Origin: Candidatus Iainarchaeum sp.
Lineage (GTDB): Archaea > Iainarchaeota > Iainarchaeia > Iainarchaeales > VGJJ01
Direction: 5' to 3'
DNA: 64,000 bases
Assembly (NCBI GenBank): GCA_016699555.1
Contig: CP064981.1
Coordinates: 247,876 to 311,875, forward strand
Shown here in pieces: positions 34,054 to 41,820 of the stretch. Within the stretch, counting starts at the first letter, position 1; each line of letters opens with the position of its first letter. The notes under the pieces are model-generated. The model was not told the DNA's origin. It saw nothing but the letters and a program-made list of their open reading frames with translations, and made no database searches. Position numbers and translations under genes: made by a program.

Positions 34054-37000
34054 AACAATTATTGCTTTTTTTTGTATTGGTTTCATTTATTTCATTTGTT
34101 AATGCCTCGACAAATTGTTCGACTGGGTGTGATGTTACTGGAGGAACTTTTTTTGATACAAATATCGACTATCTTAATTGGAATAACTCGACAAATGATG
34201 CTTCACTCAAGATAAAGAGTGCAAATGGGAATGTTGTTGCGACAAAATCAACTGGAGATATCATAAATTGGGGAAATAGCCAACTAATGCCATTTTATCC
34301 ACAAATTGATGGTAATTATTCATTAGAAGTCTTCTCACAAGGGACTGATAACAATTATCAACTGAAATTAGATTTTAATTCACTTGGAGTTTTGTCGAGT
34401 TATCTGGATACAAATTGCACAGGCACGGGTTGCGGGGGAAGTACAAAAATATACAAGTTAAATGTTTCAAACTCTCCAACAACTATTTTTGACGATAATC
34501 ATAGCTTGCCCGTTTTAGTCAGAGGCGGTACTGGTGTTGCAATGAATATTCGTTTTTTTGAAGGAGCCAATTGTGGGGCACTAGGATCGCCATGCGATGT
34601 GAGTATGGCTATTCGACGGCTTAGCGATAACAATATTGTTGCTTACAAAAATGCCGGCGGTTGGTCCGATTGGTTGAACTCAACTTTACTAGATTGGAAT
34701 GCAGATTATGACGGTAACTACGTCTTTGAAATTTTCTACGAAGGAGGCATTAGTCGTTATGATGCAAATATTACATTTACTGATGCGAACGGTTTAATTC
34801 GTCAATTTCAAGATTATTCGCAATATATTGGCAGTTCATTGGCAACAGGCCAGACTACTCAGTATTTTTTTCAAGTAATTTCATCTCCGCCACTTGCTAT
34901 CCATGACGAGCAAACATTTAGTCCAGCCGTTAAAGGTGCGACAATAATGAATGCATCAATAAAATTCTATGATGGTCATAACTGTGGAACGCTCAACTCT
35001 CCATGTGATGTGAGCATTGGTATTCGTCGACTTTCCGACAGTAACCGTGTCGCGTATAAGACAGACGGGTCTTGGTCCAACTGGGGTTCGCCAGTCACCC
35101 TAGATTGGTTGGCGGATTACAATGACAGCTATGTGATTGAAATATTTTATGAAGGGATTTGGGGGCAGTATGATTTGAATGTTTCCTACCTCGACATCAA
35201 TAATGTTGCTCATTTATACTCTGATACAAATCAGTATATTGGCAGTGGTTTAGGGACTGGCAATACAACTCGTTATCTCTTTAGTGTGCAAGCTGCTCCA
35301 TCGTTTTCTTTTGATGACGGAAAGAGCTTCGCAACCAGTGTAAAAGGTGGGGATCGGCTCGTTGCAGCAATTAAGTTTTATGATGGCCATAATTGTGGTG
35401 CGCTTAACTCTCCGTGCGACGTAAGTATTGGGATTCGTCGTATATCTGACAACAATATTGTTGCCTATCGTTCAGATGGCTCTTGGAATAACTGGACATC
35501 GACAACGCTAGATTGGTATCCTGATTATGATGGTGCATATGTAATCGAAGTTTTTTATGAGGGTACGTGGGGGCAATACGATCTAAATGTGACTTATACT
35601 GCGGCTAATGATGCTAATACCTTTGAATCTGATAACTATAGCTATATTGGCAGTGGTTTAGCGACAGGAAATACCGCTCAATATTTTTTCACTGTAGAAA
35701 GTAGCCCTGCACAGTTGCTTGAGGATGCAAAAACAATTCCTTACAATGCAATTAGCAATCAACCATTTAGTGCTACGATTAAAATGTATGACGGACACGC
35801 ATGTGGTGCTCTAAACTCCCCTTGCGATGCCACGTTTGCAATTAAAGACACTAATGGAGCGACCACCCAACTTATTTCGACTGGCGATTATTCCACATTG
35901 AATAACACGACTATTCAATTCAATCCTGTTGCTAATCATGCCTATTTTGTTGAAACAACTTACCAAGGAACATGGGTGCAATTTGATTTGAACGTGAATT
36001 ATACGGATACTGCAGGAATAGCTCGTCACCTTGAAGACAAAACCCGATATGTCGGTTCAGGGCTAGCTACTGGCGGTACTACGCAACATTATTTTGAGAG
36101 TGGAGAAAGCTGCGGAAATGGAATTACTTGTGCCGCGCCAGCATGTAAACCAGTAATTTTGAATGGACCTTCCTCCGAAAAGATTGACGTAGTGTTTGTA
36201 GGAAGCGGATTTCCCGACTTGAATAGTTTTGGTTCTGTGGTGGATGATATGATCGATTATGATGGTAATGGATTTGGGATTATGCACTATGAGCCATTTA
36301 GTAACTATAAAGATAAATTCAATTTCTGGAAAGTTAACACGCTGCCGACATTTAGCGGTGGGAATGTTCAACGTGCTGATGGTAATTGGGTTCATGATGG
36401 AGCTTATGAAAATGAGTCACTTGAATTGGCATATAGTGAATGTGGTTCAATTGGCGAAACTCCTATGCAGGTAATTACCTTGTTGGTTAATCCAAAGGTT
36501 CAAAGCCATGCATATGCAATTGGTGCGATTGGATATGGGCGAGGGCAGGCGTTTGTTACAGTTGGACAGGAATACTTGGACAACTCATTCCCGTTGTTTG
36601 TTCCCAATTATCTTTATCAGCCTAATCCAGTTCTTGTCAATGGTAGTTATGGTGCAAATCGTGGGGAGGTTCAAAAACAAGTTGTTCACGAATTTGGACA
36701 CAGCTTTGGAGGATTAATGGATGAATATTCAACTAGCAACTCTACAATTACCTCGTCCCTTTTTGCACCCAATTGTGCTGATAATTTTGGCGTGGGAGGG
36801 TATGCGTGTAATCGATGGGCAAATATTTGTCCACAAAGTAACCCAGTATGTTGCCTCCCCGGATGCACATATTCCAACTATTATCACGCGTATGAAAATA
36901 CCATTATGAATAATCTATTTGAGGATTCAGTAAGTTTTATGCCAGTAAATGAATTTGAATTGGAAAAAGATATTAATAGTTACAATGTGATTACCACACA

Positions 37001-37532
37001 AATTTCAAATCTAAGCTATCTACTAAATTTTAATCAACATAATAGTACGTTTAATACAAACTATATTGACATAATTTCACAGCGATCGTATGAGCCCGTT
37101 GTTGAAACGAGCGGACAATATCGTTTAGTCGTTAATAATAACAATGGCAACGTTTTATATGATGTCAATTTTGTTTTACCTGGAATAGCTAATGCTTCGC
37201 CATCAAAAGATTGGTTTGATGCCAATGGTCAACAAATATATTTTCCAGATATTCCAGCTGATTTGAATATTGATGTCAATGTTACCATGCTTATTCCATA
37301 TTTTATGGATGCCAATACGATTCAAATCTTTGATAATAACAGTTTACCGAAATTAACTGTTGACTTGAGTGTGTTTGCACCCAAAATAAACTATAGCATT
37401 GGAAATGGTGGAAATACAATTGCTGGTGGCCAATACCAAATGAGCTATACAATTAGCGGCCAGCCGCTAACGCAACAGTTAACCAGTACTAACTATATGT
37501 GTAATCTCGGCCCGACATTTTTTAACAATTAA
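34050..37532 (+). CDS. 1160-aa secreted multidomain protein: tandem ~136-aa PPC-like repeats + M64-type zinc metallopeptidase domain + N-rich C-terminal region; gene 4 of the island operon
   Basis: GTG 34050 overlaps the upstream stop (GTGA). Signal LLLFFVLVSFISFVNAS. Repeats carry FYDGHNCGALNSPCDVSIGIRR...YVIEIFYEG-WGQYDLNV. KIDVVFVGSGFPD and VVHEFGHSFGGLMDEY (HEFGH at 36687-36701). Confidence 0.85.
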   Translation: MKQLLLFFVLVSFISFVNASTNCSTGCDVTGGTFFDTNIDYLNWNNSTNDASLKIKSANGNVVATKSTGDIINWGNSQLMPFYPQIDGNYSLEVFSQGTDNNYQLKLDFNSLGVLSSYLDTNCTGTGCGGSTKIYKLNVSNSPTTIFDDNHSLPVLVRGGTGVAMNIRFFEGANCGALGSPCDVSMAIRRLSDNNIVAYKNAGGWSDWLNSTLLDWNADYDGNYVFEIFYEGGISRYDANITFTDANGLIRQFQDYSQYIGSSLATGQTTQYFFQVISSPPLAIHDEQTFSPAVKGATIMNASIKFYDGHNCGTLNSPCDVSIGIRRLSDSNRVAYKTDGSWSNWGSPVTLDWLADYNDSYVIEIFYEGIWGQYDLNVSYLDINNVAHLYSDTNQYIGSGLGTGNTTRYLFSVQAAPSFSFDDGKSFATSVKGGDRLVAAIKFYDGHNCGALNSPCDVSIGIRRISDNNIVAYRSDGSWNNWTSTTLDWYPDYDGAYVIEVFYEGTWGQYDLNVTYTAANDANTFESDNYSYIGSGLATGNTAQYFFTVESSPAQLLEDAKTIPYNAISNQPFSATIKMYDGHACGALNSPCDATFAIKDTNGATTQLISTGDYSTLNNTTIQFNPVANHAYFVETTYQGTWVQFDLNVNYTDTAGIARHLEDKTRYVGSGLATGGTTQHYFESGESCGNGITCAAPACKPVILNGPSSEKIDVVFVGSGFPDLNSFGSVVDDMIDYDGNGFGIMHYEPFSNYKDKFNFWKVNTLPTFSGGNVQRADGNWVHDGAYENESLELAYSECGSIGETPMQVITLLVNPKVQSHAYAIGAIGYGRGQAFVTVGQEYLDNSFPLFVPNYLYQPNPVLVNGSYGANRGEVQKQVVHEFGHSFGGLMDEYSTSNSTITSSLFAPNCADNFGVGGYACNRWANICPQSNPVCCLPGCTYSNYYHAYENTIMNNLFEDSVSFMPVNEFELEKDINSYNVITTQISNLSYLLNFNQHNSTFNTNYIDIISQRSYEPVVETSGQYRLVVNNNNGNVLYDVNFVLPGIANASPSKDWFDANGQQIYFPDIPADLNIDVNVTMLIPYFMDANTIQIFDNNSLPKLTVDLSVFAPKINYSIGNGGNTIAGGQYQMSYTISGQPLTQQLTSTNYMCNLGPTFFNN
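34410..36113 (+). repeat. Tandem in-frame repeats (~410 nt / ~136 aa; four full units + a partial fifth) inside the 1160-aa gene
   Basis: The (I/M)(K/R)(F/M)(Y/F)(D/E)G-(N/A)CG landmarks start at aa 167, 304, 441 and 577. The YIGSGLATGNT-QYFF landmarks are at aa 258, 395, 531 and 666. Confidence 0.85.
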
Positions 37533-37927
37533 AGAACGTAATTTGCAAGGCACCAATACACTTTCAATTGTTCATCGCGGTATAGCTTTACATGTTCAGC
37601 ACTATAAATTTGAAATGGATAAGTACTATCTAACAGCTTATCGCATGATGAATCTAAATTGATCGCAGCGACTGTGCTAAATGAAGAGTTTGGTACAACA
37701 TTTTTTCTATAAAAAATGGAAGGGTTATCAATCGCAATGCTTGTAAAGGGGCATGACATTGAATTATAATCAATGTAATTTCCTCTAATTATTGCTTCTT
37801 CAACGGGGTAACAGCTATAACCAATAATTCTTGGTTGATGGTTTTGTGAAATACTGTATTCTGATATGATAAAGACCAGCACGATAGCAATAACTATCAC
37901 TAATGGAACCAATAAGACTATTTTCAT
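37529..37927 (-). CDS. Small N-terminally anchored 4-Cys protein (paralogue A)
   Basis: 132 aa. TM IVLLVPLVIVIAIVLVFII; GYSCYP...SMSCPFT...SSCDKL...VYWCLAN. Its stop overlaps the stop of the convergent 1160-aa gene (TTAA). Confidence 0.65.
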   Translation of the reverse strand: MKIVLLVPLVIVIAIVLVFIISEYSISQNHQPRIIGYSCYPVEEAIIRGNYIDYNSMSCPFTSIAIDNPSIFYRKNVVPNSSFSTVAAINLDSSCDKLLDSTYPFQIYSAEHVKLYRDEQLKVYWCLANYVL

Positions 37928-38068
37928 ACCACTACGATTTATTTGGAGTATATAAATGCAAAAGGTATTGTAAAATGCAATAAAATAATTACAATTTGAG
38001 AATTTTAAAACTAAAAATGATTATAACTATGGATAAAGAATAAGACTCAAAAGTTGGTTGGTGAAAAC

Positions 38069-38476
38069 ATGATTTCTGTTGCACAAAAAACCATTTTAGG
38101 AATAATAATTATTAGTATACTTGTGATTGGCTTTTTTGTTTGGCAGATTTTTTTCTCGTATGGGCCTTCGAATCCTGTGCCGAGTGTTATGGGATATAAT
38201 TGTCGTGATATTTCGGATAGTGTTGCCTTGGAAAATAACACGATCTTATTTGAAGGCCAATCATGTCCATATACTGTTTCTTCGAAAGTTGGTGATGCAT
38301 TCTACTTAAACAATCGTGATCGATTAGAAATAACCAATGAAATTATTTTAGATAATCGTTGCAATTATCTTGAAGCTCAAATAACTCCTCATGGAAAAAT
38401 AACCAATCCAAATCAAGGAATGTTCATGACGAGCGATAGCACGGTTTACTGGTGTAATGGTCAAGGAGCAATTTAG
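38069..38476 (+). CDS. Small N-terminally anchored 4-Cys protein (paralogue B)
   Basis: From ATG 38069 (track ORF starts at TTG 38054). TM ILGIIIISILVIGFFVW; GYNCRD...GQSCPYT...NRCNYL...VYWCNGQ aligns with paralogue A. Confidence 0.65.
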   Translation: MISVAQKTILGIIIISILVIGFFVWQIFFSYGPSNPVPSVMGYNCRDISDSVALENNTILFEGQSCPYTVSSKVGDAFYLNNRDRLEITNEIILDNRCNYLEAQITPHGKITNPNQGMFMTSDSTVYWCNGQGAI

Positions 38477-38682
38477 TCCGTGCTAATTGATTCAATAATA
38501 AATATCGTATATTTATATATGAAACAATCTTTTGATAGATATGTCAAAAATCGACTGGAAAATTGTTCTTGTGCAGTAATTGCAATAAATGTATTGATAC
38601 TAAGCCTAAAAGCCCGCTAGAACCTATGAGGGATGTAAAACCGCTAGGGATTTGTCCCAATGATGTAGCCCGGCGCGAGGGT

Positions 38683-38691
38683 TTTTTTATA
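38683..38691 (+). promoter_or_regulatory. TATA box for crtB (leaderless geometry)
   Basis: TTTTTTATA, 19 nt upstream of ATG 38710. Confidence 0.45.
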
Positions 38692-38709
38692 CTCGGCCTA
38701 CGAACAAGT

Positions 38710-39567
38710 ATGATGCACCCGGCTTCTTCGATCGACTTCTCCGCGAGCAAAGCGCTCTGCGAACAATACGCCACTAGTTTCTCCATGGCAGCGCAATTCC
38801 TGCCCGAAGAGAAGAGGAATGCCGCGTATGCGCTATATGGTTTCTGCCGCGCAACGGACAACATCACCGACTCGCGCAAGACGGCTCCGCAAAAGAAAAA
38901 AGAACTCGCGGAGTGGAAGAACGAACTCCATGCCGCGTGGGACAAAGGGCAATCCGGCAATGCACTCTTGCATGCATTCGTGCGCGTGTGCGAGCAATAC
39001 GCAATCCCTCCCTCGCTGGGATTTGCGCTCATCGAGGGATTGGAAAAGGACCTGCAGCATGTGCGCATCGCAAACTTTGAAGCGCTGCATGATTACTGCT
39101 ACGCCGCAGGCGCCATTCCCGGACTGCTGATGGCCTTTGCGTTAGGCGCGGAAAAGAAATCTCATCCCTATGCGATCGCGCTCGGCATCGGGATGCAGCT
39201 CACGAACATTTTGCGCGACATCAAGGAAGACCTGCAGCTCAATCGCATCTATTTGCCTCAATCCGAACTCCAACAGTTCGGGATAACCGAACACGCCATC
39301 GCACAAGGGGTCGTTACCCCCGCGTTCGTGCAATTCATGCAATTCCAGATCGCGCGAGCACGTTCCTATTATGCGGAAGCCGAGCAGGGAATCGGCTTAC
39401 TCCCCGAAGAGGCACGGCCCGCCATCTATTTGTGCCTCCAATACTATCGCGAAATCCTTTCGGCGATCGAGGCCAAGCACTATGATGTGTTTTCCTCCCG
39501 TATTTTCGTTTCGGACGCACGCAAACGCGAGATGGCCCAATTCCATACACTTTATCAGCAAGCTTAA
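38710..39567 (+). CDS. crtB: Phytoene/squalene synthase family (phytoene synthase)
   Basis: AAYALYGFCRATDNITD, YCYAAGAIPGLLMA, MQLTNILRDIKEDLQLNRIYLP. Start chosen at ATG 38710, with TTTTTTATA (38683-38691) ~19 nt upstream. The track ORF extends to 38563 into AT-rich sequence. Confidence 0.9.
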   Translation: MMHPASSIDFSASKALCEQYATSFSMAAQFLPEEKRNAAYALYGFCRATDNITDSRKTAPQKKKELAEWKNELHAAWDKGQSGNALLHAFVRVCEQYAIPPSLGFALIEGLEKDLQHVRIANFEALHDYCYAAGAIPGLLMAFALGAEKKSHPYAIALGIGMQLTNILRDIKEDLQLNRIYLPQSELQQFGITEHAIAQGVVTPAFVQFMQFQIARARSYYAEAEQGIGLLPEEARPAIYLCLQYYREILSAIEAKHYDVFSSRIFVSDARKREMAQFHTLYQQA

Positions 39568-39593
39568 ATGTCCTGCGCGGCGGACATACTCAT

Positions 39594-41108
39594 ATGTCCC
39601 AGGAAAAGATACTCATCATCGGCGGCGGATTAGGCGGACTCGCATTGGCTTGTCGTCTTGCCAAGCAGGGAAACGCCGTCGAGGTGTTCGAACGGCACGC
39701 TAGCGTCGGCGGAAGGGTCGCTCAAAAGAAAGTGAAGGGATACACAATCGATTTGGGTCCCACCTTCATGCTCATGCCCGGGGAGTTCGAGGAATTATTC
39801 ACTTATTGCGGGCGCGACATGCGAGATTATGTGCCCATCCAGCGATTGGATCCCTGCTATCGCCTGCATTTTGCGGACCAAACTCACATGGACTTCTATT
39901 CGGGCTTGCCCGAGATGCTGCACGAACTCAAACGCTTTGCCCAGCAGGACCTGCAAGGCTATCTCAACTTCCTCGCCTATCAGCAAGAGAAATATGCCGT
40001 TGTGTACGAGAACTTCATCACGCAACCCGCGGACTCATTATCAAAGATTGCACTCTCTCCCCAGATATTCGAACTGCTCAACTTGGATGGCTTCATTTCC
40101 ATGTGGGATCACGCGGCCAAATTCTTCTCCGATGAGCATTTACGGCTGGGGTTCAGCTTCCAGAGCATGTATTTGGGAGAATCGCCTCTCGCGACGCCGG
40201 GGACCTACAGCATTATTCCATTTGTGGAACTAACACAGGGAGTCTGGTATCCCACACAGGGAATACGCAGCATCGTGGACGGTATCGCGAAGCTCGCCAA
40301 AGAGCTCGGAGTGAAAGTGCATGTAAAAGCGGCCGTGCAAGAGATCATCATCGACGAGCAACGCCGCGCTACCGGAATCCGTTTGGAGAATGGTGCCATC
40401 GTGACCGCTGACAGGATCGTCTCAAACCTCGACTTGCCAGCCACGTATGTCAAGCTTATCCCCGCTTCGAAGCGTGCCATCTACACCGATAAGAAAGTGA
40501 ACGCGTTGAAGTATTCCTCTTCCGCATTCATGCTTTTCCTGGGAGTCGATAAGGATTATGCGCAGCTGGAACACCATAATGTGTTTTTCTGCAAAGACTA
40601 TCTGCATAACTTCAAGCAACTCTTTGATACCATGGAAGTGCCACAAGACCCCAGCGTGTATGTGAATGTCCCCACGCGCACAAATCCCAAACTCGCACCC
40701 AAGGGAAAGCATTTGTTGTATGTGCTGGTGCCCGTTCCCATTCGCCCACAACGCGACGGAAAGGCATGGGACTGGAATTTGGAGAAAGAAGGCTTCGCGG
40801 ACGCCATCATCACTCAACTCGAAGCACGCGGACTCAACGACTTGCGTAAGCACATCCGCATGAAAGAGGTTTTCACGCCCCATGACTGGGAAGCGTTGGG
40901 GGGGATGCACCTCGGTAGCACTTTCGGATTGAGCCCCATTTTCTTCCAGAGTAGCGTGTTCCGGCCCAAGCAAAAGAGCGAGGAATTCAAGAGCCTCTAT
41001 TTCGTGGGCGCGAGCACGCATCCGGGGAGCGGAATGCCCATGGTGCTCATCTCCGCGCGCACGTGTCAGCAGCTCATTCAGCGCGATTCTTTGGAAAGAA
41101 ACGCATAG
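39594..41108 (+). CDS. crtI: Phytoene desaturase
   Basis: 504 aa. ILIIGGGLGGLALACRLAKQGNAVEVFERHASVGGR, C-terminal FVGASTHPGSGMPMV. Confidence 0.9.
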   Translation: MSQEKILIIGGGLGGLALACRLAKQGNAVEVFERHASVGGRVAQKKVKGYTIDLGPTFMLMPGEFEELFTYCGRDMRDYVPIQRLDPCYRLHFADQTHMDFYSGLPEMLHELKRFAQQDLQGYLNFLAYQQEKYAVVYENFITQPADSLSKIALSPQIFELLNLDGFISMWDHAAKFFSDEHLRLGFSFQSMYLGESPLATPGTYSIIPFVELTQGVWYPTQGIRSIVDGIAKLAKELGVKVHVKAAVQEIIIDEQRRATGIRLENGAIVTADRIVSNLDLPATYVKLIPASKRAIYTDKKVNALKYSSSAFMLFLGVDKDYAQLEHHNVFFCKDYLHNFKQLFDTMEVPQDPSVYVNVPTRTNPKLAPKGKHLLYVLVPVPIRPQRDGKAWDWNLEKEGFADAIITQLEARGLNDLRKHIRMKEVFTPHDWEALGGMHLGSTFGLSPIFFQSSVFRPKQKSEEFKSLYFVGASTHPGSGMPMVLISARTCQQLIQRDSLERNA

Positions 41109-41383
41109 AGGAGGAGCGCCATCCATAGCAGCTCCACCCCAAAAAGCAGGTTTTCGATCGGAATGACGGGGAGAAATATCCCTATCACTTGCGCACGATC
41201 GAACACCCATAATCCTTGAGCGGTAAAATAATTATCAAAGATGAGTTGGAACACCACAAATATGCCAGTCGTCTTCCACAAGCGTTTATTCTTCCAACTG
41301 AGCATGTGCGTGCGTATGAGCGCGCGATCCAGGAAGAGCAGGAGCATCATTCCCACGACGACGGCAAACGTGTACGCGAGCAT
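41078..41383 (-). CDS. Lycopene cyclase domain protein (heterodimeric CrtYc/CrtYd type), subunit 2
   Basis: 101 aa, 3 TM segments, VIPIENLLFG motif. The start overlaps the upstream stop by 1 nt. The 3' end overlaps convergent crtI by 31 nt. Confidence 0.8.
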   Translation of the reverse strand: MLAYTFAVVVGMMLLLFLDRALIRTHMLSWKNKRLWKTTGIFVVFQLIFDNYFTAQGLWVFDRAQVIGIFLPVIPIENLLFGVELLWMALLLYAFLSKESR

Positions 41384-41712
41384 CAGTCATCCCTCAGTCG
41401 TCGTTTTGCCTTGCTCTCGCGCCCAAAGAACTCCCACACCGTAATCCCAAAGAGCGGGATGACGATGAAGAATGCGATTTCCTCAATGGGCTGATTGCCA
41501 ATCATGGCGCCAAGCATCGACTCCAATCCAAAAAACCAATGCCCTTCAGCGACAGCCCATACATCCCACAAGAGAAAGAACAATCCGCTCAATGCGATCG
41601 CAATGGAAGCCGCTCGCCAATCCAATCGGATCCTGAATGCGCTTTGCAATGCAAGCGTTCCCGCGAGCGCAAGGAGCAGGTATCCGCTATACGTGAATGC
41701 GATCCAATCCAT
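41383..41712 (-). CDS. Lycopene cyclase domain protein (heterodimeric CrtYc/CrtYd type), subunit 1
   Basis: 109 aa, 3 TM segments, NQPIEEIAFFIVIP (PxEE-type motif). Confidence 0.8.
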   Translation of the reverse strand: MDWIAFTYSGYLLLALAGTLALQSAFRIRLDWRAASIAIALSGLFFLLWDVWAVAEGHWFFGLESMLGAMIGNQPIEEIAFFIVIPLFGITVWEFFGRESKAKRRLRDD

Positions 41713-41761
41713 GATGCAAGTGTAAATGGAAGAAGTTTAATTGGGTGTTGGTAAAATAAAG

Positions 41762-41820
41762 AAAAAATTGGGTGCCGCGACGCGGAACCCGTTATCGGCT
41801 CAACCGCTCGAAAGCGGTTA
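41762..41820 (-). repeat. Bipartite hairpin element, copy D (most diverged), overlapping the GT2 stop codon
   Basis: Minus-strand reading: TAACCGC-TTTCGA-GCGGTT, GAGCCGATAACG, GGGTtCCGC-GTC-GCGGcACCC, CAATTTTTTC. Confidence 0.6.
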
